From assembly GCA_016720935.1 (NCBI GenBank), contig JADKJP010000004.1:203521-267520 (forward strand): 64,000 nt of DNA. The letters run 5' to 3'. Below the pieces are notes generated by a model. The model made no database searches and was not told where the DNA came from. It saw only the letters and a program-made list of their open reading frames with translations. The stretch is from Bacteroidota bacterium. GTDB lineage: Bacteria > Bacteroidota > Bacteroidia > AKYH767-A > 2013-40CM-41-45. This document shows, piece after piece, positions 39,945 to 49,002 of this stretch; position 1 is the stretch's first letter; each line of letters begins with the position of its first letter. A program made the translations under genes and the position numbers.

Positions 39945-41468
39945 TCAAAGTGTGATGCTGACCATGTAAAATTTATTTTCCTTGTAAGCCGGCAGTACGA
40001 TCGTCTCTTCATCTATTTGTCGTGCCGATCTGGCAACAATACTCACCTTTTCGATTTCATTGAACAGAACATCCGTTTTCTGGTTCCCTTGTCCATCGAC
40101 AGTTGAATACAATACGGAAGACTCTTCGTCCGCATACTTGTTATAGATCGTGATTATTTTTCCTCCTGAAATCGCGGAAGCGTAAGATGAATAATACCCG
40201 GCATCATCCGTAGAATTCTGATCTTTACTAAACACAGTACTCCAAAGAATATTTCCATCCGGGTTGACGGAAAGAATCATGATGTTCCCGAAGTGGTAAT
40301 AATAGTGACTGGTAACCGTTTGCGTATAATAATCCCAATAGGTCCTCGATGTTTCATAATAGGATTCAGCCACAACTGCGGCTCCTCCATCCTTTCTTAA
40401 AACCAGTCGGTCGATGGAATAATTGACGAGCTCCTTATTTTTATTTTCCTTTCTGTCACCTACAAACTTCTGAAGAAACGCGGCAGGGAACGGCGAATTC
40501 GTCACCTGCTGATCTTTCAGACTATCTTCTTCAAAAGAACAGGAAAATATACCTGCCGTAGAATAAGTGGTTTTATCCGAATAAAATCCGGCCACAACAA
40601 TTTTGTGATTGAAGTTATCACTTGAAATTGCCACATCGGTCAGGAATTTATCCTGGATCTTTACTTCTTTATCAATCACACGATCTTCTTTCAGATTATA
40701 TCCTACTAGTTGGTAATAACTTTCTCCCGGCGCTTTCACTTTTTTATCAGTGGTATATTTTATTCCCAGAACAAAATAATTTCCGGAGTCAGACAAGACC
40801 GCTGTCACCGGTACAAAATACCGGATCGCGAGAGGCACCTGTATTTCCTTACGGTACAAAATACGAAGTGTATTATCCGCGACCACAACCATGAAGGCCT
40901 GCACTTCCTGATCTTTCTGAAATTTACGATAGGACATGGCGAATTTTGTCTGATCATGTGACAGCATTATTCCCGGTTTATTTTCTTCATCAAATTCATC
41001 CGCTGAAAAATCATCAAGCAATACAGCCTGATCCTGCCATTTACCTGAAGCATTTATAAACTGAACATAGAAATTGAATTTCTTACTCGCTTTATCACGC
41101 GTGTAAAACAAAACGATCACTTTATCATCCATCACCTGAACGTCGGCGATTTTACCACCTTCTGCGGGAGCTGTCAGTTCTTGTTCCCAATGCAGATTCA
41201 ATTCCATCCCGTAATATTGCAAAAGGTATTTCCTGCTCTTAAATCCGGACCTATCCTTTGTTGAGCTCAGCGAGAGATTGCTGCGCAAAACATAAAAACC
41301 ATCTCCATCAGAACCAATAATTTTCAGGTAGCCGTATTTACTGTTATCAGCCATGGGTTGGGACCAGCGTACACTTTGGCACAAGGCAGATGGCAACATG
41401 GATATGCTGAAAAATACAACCAGAAAAAATATCAAACGATTTAAGTTATGCATAGACATATTATTCAA
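39945..41468 (-). CDS. Hypothetical secreted protein (507 aa)
   Basis: Signal peptide (LIFFLVVFFSISMLPSALCQ); Y/D-rich beta-propeller-like composition; no family recognised. Confidence 0.45.
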   Translation of the reverse strand: MNNMSMHNLNRLIFFLVVFFSISMLPSALCQSVRWSQPMADNSKYGYLKIIGSDGDGFYVLRSNLSLSSTKDRSGFKSRKYLLQYYGMELNLHWEQELTAPAEGGKIADVQVMDDKVIVLFYTRDKASKKFNFYVQFINASGKWQDQAVLLDDFSADEFDEENKPGIMLSHDQTKFAMSYRKFQKDQEVQAFMVVVADNTLRILYRKEIQVPLAIRYFVPVTAVLSDSGNYFVLGIKYTTDKKVKAPGESYYQLVGYNLKEDRVIDKEVKIQDKFLTDVAISSDNFNHKIVVAGFYSDKTTYSTAGIFSCSFEEDSLKDQQVTNSPFPAAFLQKFVGDRKENKNKELVNYSIDRLVLRKDGGAAVVAESYYETSRTYWDYYTQTVTSHYYYHFGNIMILSVNPDGNILWSTVFSKDQNSTDDAGYYSSYASAISGGKIITIYNKYADEESSVLYSTVDGQGNQKTDVLFNEIEKVSIVARSARQIDEETIVLPAYKENKFYMVSITL

Positions 41469-41559
41469 AAATTAATGATCTAAAACTCCCACAATTAAAT
41501 TTCAATCTCACGTATTCATGCTTCAGGAATAATTTCTATTTTGCCTACAAAATAAGCGT

Positions 41560-42198
41560 ATGAAATCTACATTCCGCATCCTTGTATTCATTTTATTTTG
41601 TTCTGTCGCGCAAAACAGCCATGCACAATCCGAAGAACTGAAAACTCTTTCACAATGGATGTCCGGGTCCTATTCGAGTGAAGCGCAACACCTCAAAGAT
41701 ACAGCGAATTATTTCGACATCCGACTCCAGATTATCCCCATCTGGACCAACCGAAAAGACGGATTCTGGTTTTATGTGGAACAGGCTGTTGCAAGCTATA
41801 TTGACCAGCCTTATCGCCAACGCGTTTATCACTTGAAAGAAAACGATAAAGGCAAATTTGAAAGCGTGGTTTACACTCTCAGCAATCCGCTTCGTTTTAC
41901 ACATAAACCTGAAGATGTTGAAAAACTGAGCACCGACAGTCTTAGCGAAAAAGAAGGATGTTCCGTTTACCTGACCAGGAAAGACAAGGATTCATTCTCA
42001 GGTGGTACCGATGGTAAAAAATGCCCAAGTGATCGCAAAGGTGCAGCTTATGCTACTTCTGAAGTCAGCATCACAGCTAACGAATTAATTTCATGGGATC
42101 GCGGATACAATGATAAAGACGAACAGGTTTGGGGAGCTGAAAAGGGAGGATATCATTTTATCAAAATTTCTCAGATCAATTCAGTCGAAAAAAAATAA
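41560..42198 (+). CDS. CpcT/CpeT-like (DUF1001) protein with signal peptide
   Basis: Similarity to the phycobilin lyase CpcT fold signature (FDIRLQIIPIWTNRKDGFWFYVEQA...); signal peptide MKSTFRILVFILFCSVAQNSHAQ. Confidence 0.55.
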   Translation: MKSTFRILVFILFCSVAQNSHAQSEELKTLSQWMSGSYSSEAQHLKDTANYFDIRLQIIPIWTNRKDGFWFYVEQAVASYIDQPYRQRVYHLKENDKGKFESVVYTLSNPLRFTHKPEDVEKLSTDSLSEKEGCSVYLTRKDKDSFSGGTDGKKCPSDRKGAAYATSEVSITANELISWDRGYNDKDEQVWGAEKGGYHFIKISQINSVEKK

Positions 42199-42221
42199 AA
42201 TACTAAGACGAATACTAAGCG

Positions 42222-42262
42222 ACAAGGGTTCATTTCAAAAAAAATGAACCCTTGCTTTTTTT
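42222..42262. terminator. Bidirectional terminator
   Basis: CAAGGGTTCATTT-CAAAAAAAA-ATGAACCCTTG followed by T7. Confidence 0.85.
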
Positions 42263-42302
42263 ATAATCCTAAATTAAATTTTTCAGAAAATCCTTCAGAC
42301 AA

Positions 42303-42656
42303 TCAATTAAAACTTTTCCAGAAAACAGGTTTGCAGGATTTAATTCTTGCCTGGATCCGTTTTTCTGCGACATCGGGATTACTCCTTACGAATTTGTGAA
42401 TTTCATATTCAGTCTCCGCTTCCACCAACGTTATGAAGCCACTGCCATTTTCAAACAAAGCGGCCATCAACAAACGTCCGTCTTTGTATGCCTGTCGAAT
42501 ATAATTTTCATGGCGCTGCAAATCGGCATTTGTAAAACTTTTGTGTGCAGGAAAATTTTCCCCCATGGTCCAAAGGATAAAATACAATTGTTTCAATCCG
42601 CGTTCTACGGGCGCTTCCTCATTTCCGAAATACGTCATGTCGATGTTTGGTTTCAT
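42303..42656 (-). CDS. YciI-like (Dabb-fold) protein
   Basis: ~117 aa with the ferredoxin-like YciI pattern (LFENGSGFITLVEAETEYEIHKFVRSNP). Confidence 0.5.
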   Translation of the reverse strand: MKPNIDMTYFGNEEAPVERGLKQLYFILWTMGENFPAHKSFTNADLQRHENYIRQAYKDGRLLMAALFENGSGFITLVEAETEYEIHKFVRSNPDVAEKRIQARIKSCKPVFWKSFN

Positions 42657-42686
42657 AAGTGGTGAAATAGTTTTTATGTGAGAATT

Positions 42687-43196
42687 TTATTTTCGTGTAT
42701 ATGAAATATGCCATAACGATTTCCAGTTGAGTCGGTCAGTAGAGCTCTGCCAGTCCCACTCAAAACTGTCTTTTTTTATCGAAAAGAATATCATACGTCT
42801 GTAATTCTTCTGTCCGTTTTTTGTCACAGTTTCATCTCCTTCAAAAATCACCGTATCGCCTTCTTTTCTCCCGGTGAACACGAGATAAGCTCCCGCATTA
42901 TCCACCCAGGTTTGTCTCCATTTCGATGTTGTCGAATCAAACATGCTCCAGCTTTTACCAATAAAGGTTCCATCACTGTAGTGAAAATTTTCTTCAATCA
43001 CTTTGTTGTCAAGAATCCGGGAAATATGATTTGTCGCCTGAACGGAATCACCCCAGACACAATTCCAGTCACCCAGCCAGAAATCCATGAGGTCTTTTTG
43101 CATGGCTGGTATTTCAGCTTTTGTCATGATGCAAAGAAGCAGGGAGAGGAGGGTGAGTGTGAGTGTGAGTGTGAGTGTGCGTGTGAGTGTGGGCAT
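42687..43196 (-). CDS. Hypothetical protein; N-terminus encoded by a hexanucleotide repeat gives (TL)n
   Basis: M1 reading gives MPTLTRTLTLTLTLTLLSLLLCIMTKAEI.... The alternative start at MTKAEI would lack a signal peptide. The start lies 6 nt downstream of the stop of the beta-helix gene. Confidence 0.5.
   Translation of the reverse strand: MPTLTRTLTLTLTLTLLSLLLCIMTKAEIPAMQKDLMDFWLGDWNCVWGDSVQATNHISRILDNKVIEENFHYSDGTFIGKSWSMFDSTTSKWRQTWVDNAGAYLVFTGRKEGDTVIFEGDETVTKNGQKNYRRMIFFSIKKDSFEWDWQSSTDRLNWKSLWHISYTRK
43150..43193. repeat. (GTGAGT)n hexanucleotide microsatellite (ACACTC on the coding strand)
   Basis: ggtgagtgtgagtgtgagtgtgagtgtgcgtgtgagtgtggg: six-plus units, in frame, at the 5' end of the 42687..43196 gene. 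Confidence 0.85.
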
Positions 43197-43202
43197 TGCT
43201 CT

Positions 43203-44636
43203 TTAGTTTCTTGCGATGATTAGCTTTAACACTTTCTGAACATCGCCGCACATATAACGGATAGTATATATCCCATTGCTATAGCCTTGCAGGTTGAGTA
43301 TTTCGCCCTGGCTAAGTGATTCTGAAGAAAATTTCTTTTGCAAAATTTCTCTTCCCGAATAATCATACATTATCAACACGATTTCTTTCCCCGTATTGCT
43401 ACTGGCTTTGATCATCACCTGATCCTTGTGCACAGGATTGGGATATACATCTACTGAAAAATTATTTTTCTGTGATGGCGATAAGATTCCTGTTGCAACA
43501 CCCGGACAAGAAGGCAAAGTCATCGCCAATGGTCCGCCATAGACACCCATGTCATTTTGCAATGATCCAAGTGAAGGAAATTCCGCCACACCAATGGATT
43601 CAGATTCCGGATCGAAAAAAACAGAACCCGGAGTACCCGCATCAATACAGGGTGAACCAATCGACAAGAGCCAAGAAGAAGTATTCGCGAAAAGCGGATT
43701 CACATCGATATTGGATGTACCGGGATAACCTCCTTCAATATCGCAATGACTCGCTCTGACAACACCACCGAAATATGTATTGATGGGACCGCCGGCGGAC
43801 TGTGTATTTCCCCAGACAATATTGTTTTGTAAATCAAATTTTATCGAGAACACAAAAATGCCTCCGCCTTTGCCTGCATAAGAACCTGTTCCTGTTACCT
43901 GATTGTTCACGATGGTGTTGTTGATCACATGCACGACAGTATTTGAATCAACTCCTGTTCCCCACAAACCACCACCTCCGTAGGATTGTCCGCCTGAATT
44001 GTAAGCGATCAGATTGTTCTCTACCCTTCCCTGGCAATAGTTTAAAACGATACCACCGCCATATTTTCCCTGGTTGTGACAAATGACATTATTCCGGATG
44101 GTCGGATTTCCATCACCGGAGCGAATTCCTCCACCACCGGTAGAATTTACGTTGGTAGTATTCATTACGATATTGTCATGAATCAGGTTGTACTGAATCA
44201 CAGGCGAAGAAAACTCCGTGATGATCCCTCCACCTTCGCGAAATGTTCCGGCACCATGAATATCCAGCCAGACAGTTCCTGCTCCACCGGTCAGAGTGAA
44301 TCCCTGAATTACTGTTGTGGAATCCTCACCTGAATTAAAAATGACACAGGAAGCAGTATCCGGATGAATGGGCTGACTTCCATTAATGATAGTAGAATGT
44401 ATAAATGCAGTATCAAGAGATTCATAAAACCGGCTTGTAAGCACAATTTTTTTTCCTCTGAAATTTATATTTTCATAATACGTTCCCGGGGCGACCACAA
44501 CCGTATCGCCATTCGCGGAAGCCAGAATGGCCGATTGGATCTGTGGATAATCAGCAGGGACCTGAATCAGTCCGGCCCGGAGAGAAAAACTCAACAGGCA
44601 AAAAACAAGCAGCGGGGGTAAGAATTGTTTTTTCAT
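43203..44636 (-). CDS. Right-handed parallel beta-helix repeat protein with T9SS C-terminal domain
   Basis: Signal peptide, multiple NNxI(xx)N pectate-lyase-like PbH1 repeats, C-terminal VYPNPVHKDQVMIK...IYTIRYMCGD Por CTD. Confidence 0.7.
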   Translation of the reverse strand: MKKQFLPPLLVFCLLSFSLRAGLIQVPADYPQIQSAILASANGDTVVVAPGTYYENINFRGKKIVLTSRFYESLDTAFIHSTIINGSQPIHPDTASCVIFNSGEDSTTVIQGFTLTGGAGTVWLDIHGAGTFREGGGIITEFSSPVIQYNLIHDNIVMNTTNVNSTGGGGIRSGDGNPTIRNNVICHNQGKYGGGIVLNYCQGRVENNLIAYNSGGQSYGGGGLWGTGVDSNTVVHVINNTIVNNQVTGTGSYAGKGGGIFVFSIKFDLQNNIVWGNTQSAGGPINTYFGGVVRASHCDIEGGYPGTSNIDVNPLFANTSSWLLSIGSPCIDAGTPGSVFFDPESESIGVAEFPSLGSLQNDMGVYGGPLAMTLPSCPGVATGILSPSQKNNFSVDVYPNPVHKDQVMIKASSNTGKEIVLIMYDYSGREILQKKFSSESLSQGEILNLQGYSNGIYTIRYMCGDVQKVLKLIIARN

Positions 44637-44734
44637 GATTCAGGAATTTGGAGCACAAAAATCTCCCCTGATCATGCAAAGAGAGTCCTGAATTATAAAA
44701 AACAGGTACTATCTTATAAGTATAGACCACATTT

Positions 44735-45973
44735 TTATAAAAAAAGGTCGGTTCCGGTGCGGACAACACGTAATGTTTGTCTCGACTGCGCCCGTTTAAA
44801 TTCCAATGGCGACATTCCCGTTAACTTTTTGAAAGCACTGTTGAATGTTGCCTTGTTACTGTAACCGACATCAAAAGCGATACTGAGAATTTTCGTTTCC
44901 GCATAATTCGGATCAGAGAGCAGTCGTTCCGCTTCTCTGATCCTGTATTTATGAATGAATTCAGGATAACTCAGTCCTAGTTGTTCATTCACCAATTGCG
45001 AAAGCTGATGTGAAGAAATCCCCATCATTTCCGAGAGTTGCTGAATTTTTAACTCACTGTTAAGAAATGGCTTCTTTTCCTCCATCAATTGGATCAGTCG
45101 TTCTTTAAGCAGAATCAATTGTTCCGGTTTCAAAGTGGATCTGGAATATTTTGCTTCCGCTTCTTTTTTCTGTTGTTCGACACCATTGAAAATTTCAGGT
45201 TGCCGGAAACCAAGATATCCGGTCATGTAAATGAATACGGAGATCGCGAAAGAAATTGTGTAATCGTATTCGACACGAATCATGTCGGTCCACACGAGAA
45301 CCCAATACAACAAGTAGCCCCACACAAAACCATTGTAAGCGAGGATCACTTTTTTTAGCCAGCTTTTTTTCACGGCTTCTGCCTGATCTGATGAATCAGA
45401 AGGAGCATATTTTTTCAGATCGCGAAGCAGGATGACTCCATAAGTAATAAGGCTGATATTTTGTGCGACCACGACTGTTCTGAAAAACCACAGCCAGTGA
45501 CGCATATTCCCGAAAAGCGGCATGATCCAATCAGGACTACCGAAAGTATTTTTGATCAATACAGGAACGAGATAGATCAGCGAAAGCCAGACGGGGATAA
45601 AATGTCTTTTATAATTCCGAGGCAGCGTGCCATCTTCAAGCACTTTGACATAGAAATAAGTAAGCGGACCGAAGATGAGCGGGAATGAATCGGTCCATCC
45701 ATCCATCCAGGTATACACTTTATAATAGCCCGTCCAATAGATCACATAGGAGACGAGTGTGATGGAATACAGACCGATGAGTAGAGAAAGAATATGATTG
45801 GCCAGCAGGTTACCCTTCTTGTGCCGGAAGAGCACCAGCGACAAAAAGAAGCCTTGTAGGGCGGCTACCAGGAAGAGGGAAGTCCAGGTATCGAAGGAAG
45901 CCTGGTTCTGCAGGTCCAGAAGTATGCTCATTAACATAGTGGTGAAAATACAGAAAGGAACAAGGGCAGTCAT
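44735..45973 (-). CDS. Membrane-anchored AraC-family regulator (N-terminal multi-TM sensor domain, C-terminal HTH)
   Basis: Seven predicted TMs followed by an AraC HTH signature (MMGISSHQLSQLVNEQLG..., ETKILSIAFDVGYSNKATFNSAFKK). Confidence 0.7.
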   Translation of the reverse strand: MTALVPFCIFTTMLMSILLDLQNQASFDTWTSLFLVAALQGFFLSLVLFRHKKGNLLANHILSLLIGLYSITLVSYVIYWTGYYKVYTWMDGWTDSFPLIFGPLTYFYVKVLEDGTLPRNYKRHFIPVWLSLIYLVPVLIKNTFGSPDWIMPLFGNMRHWLWFFRTVVVAQNISLITYGVILLRDLKKYAPSDSSDQAEAVKKSWLKKVILAYNGFVWGYLLYWVLVWTDMIRVEYDYTISFAISVFIYMTGYLGFRQPEIFNGVEQQKKEAEAKYSRSTLKPEQLILLKERLIQLMEEKKPFLNSELKIQQLSEMMGISSHQLSQLVNEQLGLSYPEFIHKYRIREAERLLSDPNYAETKILSIAFDVGYSNKATFNSAFKKLTGMSPLEFKRAQSRQTLRVVRTGTDLFL

Positions 45974-46096
45974 TAGTTCCCCTGTTAATCTTTGTTAATG
46001 ATGCATTTATGAGATTTGAAGCCATATCCCGCCTATTCCTCTCCAAATTTTTTAAACCCCTTAAAACCAGCCATTTTTAAAATAAATCAAAGAAAT

Positions 46097-46126
46097 TTTG
46101 TTAAAAATAAAAAGTGGCTATCTTTG
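46097..46126 (+). promoter_or_regulatory. Bacteroidota sigma-A-type promoter (-33 TTTG, 18-nt spacer, -7 TAtcTTTG) for tRNA-Val(UAC)
   Basis: Exact TAnnTTTG match at 46119-46126 with an upstream TTTG at 46097-46100. Confidence 0.5.
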
Positions 46127-46174
46127 CCGTCCGTTTTTGAGGGAGCTTAGCTCAAATCAAAAAAGGAACATAAT

Positions 46175-46249
46175 GGGAGCTTAGCTCAGCTGGTTCAGAG
46201 CATCTGCCTTACAAGCAGAGGGTCACAGGTTCGAACCCTGTAGCTCCCA
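46175..46249 (+). tRNA. tRNA-Val (anticodon UAC)
   Basis: GGGAGCTTAGCTCAGCTGGTTCAGAGCATCTGCCTTACAAGCAGAGGGTCACAGGTTCGAACCCTGTAGCTCCCA forms a canonical cloverleaf with anticodon loop CTTACAA. A rho-independent terminator hairpin AAAGCCCACC-ATAA-GGTGGGTTTT follows. Confidence 0.9.
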
Positions 46250-46520
46250 CTTCAAACAAAGCCCACCATAAGGTGGGTTTTGTCGTTTTAAGTAAATTCA
46301 TTTTGTTCACCATCATAAAAGCAACAACAGAGCATCCCGGTTTATAACCGGGAGGGTCACAGGTTCGAACCCTGTAGCTCCCACTTCAAACAAAGCCCAC
46401 CACTTGGTGGGTTTTGTCGTTTTAAGTAAATTCATTTTGTTCACCATCATAAAAGCAACAACAGAGCATCCCGGTTTATAACCGGGAGGGTCACAGGTTC
46501 GAACCCTGTAGCTCCCACTT
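46250..46520 (+). repeat. Tandem ~120-bp units, each carrying a tRNA-Val 3'-half fragment (altered anticodon arm) plus terminator hairpin plus spacer
   Basis: Units at about 46329-46448 and 46464-46520 repeat AGAGCATCCCGGTTTATAACCGGGAGGGTCACAGGTTCGAACCCTGTAGCTCCCAC and the terminator. A 14-bp 5' fragment (gggagcttagctca) lies at 46141-46154. Confidence 0.85.
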
Positions 46521-46637
46521 CAAAACAAAACATTTATCCTTGTAAAAATACACCGCTCATATTATCTTTTAGACCCTGATCAATTTAATTGTGTCCAGAC
46601 GAAAAATAAGGGACAAAACCGAAAAGAGTAGCAGCCC

Positions 46638-47408
46638 ATGAACCCCAATCAAATTCTGATTGATAAAATCTTCAAAGCACAGGATGAAAACGGTTTATGG
46701 AAAGTGTTACCGACTTCCGACAAACATTATCCCGACTATCTTCATTACAAACCGAATTTCAGTGCTTCCTTGTGGACTTTGATATTGCTGGCTGATCTGG
46801 AGACCGACAGAAATGAGCCACGTGTGAAACAGGCATTAGCTGAAATTAAAAACCATTTCTACGACAAAAAATTCGGGATCTATACTTTAAAAGAAGACCA
46901 CTTCCCAATACCATGCTTAAACGGGAACATTCTTTATATCGATTTCTACTTCAACAAAACACCGGATCCGCGAAGCCTGAAAGCACTTTCATTCTTTTGC
47001 AAAAATCAAAGATTTGACGATGGAAAATACGAGGAACCCAAAAATGAATTTTGTTCCAATACCAGCTGTTACGGAAAACACTCCTGTTACTGGGGAATTG
47101 TAAAACTTTTCAAAGGCATTTCATTTATTCCTGCTAAATCCAGAACAAAAGAAATCCTGGAATTGAGAGACAAATGTGTAAGCTTTATTTTAAAACATCA
47201 TGTTTGCTTTAGCTCACATTCTCCCGATAATTTTATGATCGACAAAATTGACCGGCTTACTTTTCCAAACATGTACATAAGTGATTTTCTGGAAATTCTC
47301 TGGCTATTGAAACGTGAAAAAATAAAATCCGAAGAACTTACCAAAGCCATTCGTCTCCTCAAATCAAAACAACAAAAGGACGGCACCTGGCATCTGAAAG
47401 AAAAGTGA
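46638..47408 (+). CDS. Prenyltransferase/squalene-oxidase-repeat (alpha-alpha toroid, QW-motif) protein
   Basis: Two QxxxGxW motifs (QDENGLW near the N-terminus, QQKDGTW near the C-terminus) typical of terpene-cyclase and prenyltransferase beta-subunit repeats. Cys cluster CSNTSCYGKHSCYWG. GC content is lower than in flanking genes. Confidence 0.45.
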   Translation: MNPNQILIDKIFKAQDENGLWKVLPTSDKHYPDYLHYKPNFSASLWTLILLADLETDRNEPRVKQALAEIKNHFYDKKFGIYTLKEDHFPIPCLNGNILYIDFYFNKTPDPRSLKALSFFCKNQRFDDGKYEEPKNEFCSNTSCYGKHSCYWGIVKLFKGISFIPAKSRTKEILELRDKCVSFILKHHVCFSSHSPDNFMIDKIDRLTFPNMYISDFLEILWLLKREKIKSEELTKAIRLLKSKQQKDGTWHLKEK

Positions 47409-47662
47409 ACAACATGGTTGTTTCCATTGGTGAACTTGAGAAGTACAATCCTTTTGTCACAAAAAGAGCTAATGAAGTTTTGGAGTATTACCACTCATGA
47501 ACAGTTAAATTTTTTCATAAACTCCAAATGAAAATTTGAAAAACAAGATTTAAGCACTTAAAGAAATTTTTTTGGAACAATTTTCTCCGTATTGACAAGC
47601 TTTGTGAGTGTAGGTTACCCGTATCTTCTAAAATTAATATCTTAGTCCTTCAATTCCTCTCC

Positions 47663-48994
47663 TTGAAGTATTTCGCAAAATTTGAAATCCTGATCATCGG
47701 GTTAATTTTCATCATCTGTGCCTCAAACATCAATTGGGGAAAAGATAGGTGGAAGGACATCATCGCGACAGATGGAAAAGGCTATTACGCCTATTTGCCC
47801 GCGATTTTCATTTACCATGATGCTTCTTTTAGTTTTCACAATGAAATTGAAGAGAAATATTACCCGCCCTACTCCCGCTATGACTACCGGATAAAATACG
47901 GTGAGCAAACAATCAATAAATACTTCGCGGGTACAGCCATCGCTGAATTGCCATTCTTCGCCATAGCGCATGTCTGTGCTCTGGTATTTCATCAACCCGC
48001 GGATGGATATTCTTTCCCTTACCAGGTCGCAATCAATATCGCGGCTATTTTTTATACGCTTGCGGGTTTCTGGTTTTTGAAAAAGTGGTTGCAGCAAAAT
48101 AATATCAAATCCGCACTGATCAGCCTTACCTTACTTTGCATGGCTTTCGGGACGCATTTGTTTTATTATGCAGTAGACGACGCATCTTTGTCACACGCTT
48201 ATTCATTCGGAATCACTTCCGCTCTTATTTTTCTTGCCGATCAGTTTTTCAGAAACAAAAGCGAAAAACGGTGGCTGCTTCTTGTCGCACTTCTCGCCTG
48301 GATCATTCTCATTCGTCCGGTGAATGGAATCATTGTACTTGCACTTCCATTTCTTGCAGGTAACAAGAAAGCTCTCCTCGAAGGGATTGCATTTGTACTT
48401 AGAAAGAAAACTATTTTCATACTGTCTCTGCTATTGCTATTTTGTATTCCCGGCATTCAGCTCCTCGCCTATTATTGGCAGACAGGCCACTTCTTTGTGT
48501 ACACATACGGCTCCGAACATCTGGACTTACTGCAAGCGCATTTCATGGATTTTCTTTTCAGTTATAAAAAAGGATTGTTCATTTATACTCCGCTTCTATT
48601 CCTGAGTCTTTTCGGGTTTCTGCATTTTGCAAAAACAAATAAATGGCAGCTGATCACACTCTCAGGATTCCTGGTCATTCTGATCTATGTTCTCTCTTGC
48701 TGGTCGGTGTGGTGGTATGGAGGAAGTTTCAGTCAGCGCCCGGTCATTGAGTTTCTCCCGTTTTTTGCATTTCTCCTTTGCCATTTCTTTCAGCTAATCA
48801 AAAAGCGAATTCCTGCTATCATGATTGGAACAGCATTTTTATTTCTTATGGTTCTGAACCAGGTACAAATCTACCAGTACCGTTACAACGTGATTCATTG
48901 GGAAAATATGGACAAGGAACACTACTGGAGAGTTTTCCTCCGTATTGATCAGATCATGAAAAACGAAAACGCGAACAAAGATTTACTCCGTTAA
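47663..48994 (+). CDS. Polytopic membrane protein, putative GT-C-fold glycosyltransferase (ArnT/PMT-like)
   Basis: ~12 predicted TMs with an N-terminal periplasmic-loop motif (DGKGYYAYLPAIFIY) reminiscent of GT39/GT83-type lipid-linked sugar transferases. Low confidence on function. Confidence 0.45.
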   Translation: MKYFAKFEILIIGLIFIICASNINWGKDRWKDIIATDGKGYYAYLPAIFIYHDASFSFHNEIEEKYYPPYSRYDYRIKYGEQTINKYFAGTAIAELPFFAIAHVCALVFHQPADGYSFPYQVAINIAAIFYTLAGFWFLKKWLQQNNIKSALISLTLLCMAFGTHLFYYAVDDASLSHAYSFGITSALIFLADQFFRNKSEKRWLLLVALLAWIILIRPVNGIIVLALPFLAGNKKALLEGIAFVLRKKTIFILSLLLLFCIPGIQLLAYYWQTGHFFVYTYGSEHLDLLQAHFMDFLFSYKKGLFIYTPLLFLSLFGFLHFAKTNKWQLITLSGFLVILIYVLSCWSVWWYGGSFSQRPVIEFLPFFAFLLCHFFQLIKKRIPAIMIGTAFLFLMVLNQVQIYQYRYNVIHWENMDKEHYWRVFLRIDQIMKNENANKDLLR

Positions 48995-49002
48995 CATTGA
49001 AA

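Noticed and set aside
46329-46520. Two extra tRNA genes, possibly tRNA-Ile(UAU)
   Set aside because: Both copies lack the 5' acceptor strand and D arm, so they cannot fold as tRNAs. They are treated as pseudo-tRNA fragments and possible att-site scars.
46250-49002. Intact integrated mobile element at tRNA-Val
   Set aside because: No integrase, excisionase, transposase or phage genes are present; only two cargo-like genes remain, so at most a degraded islet.
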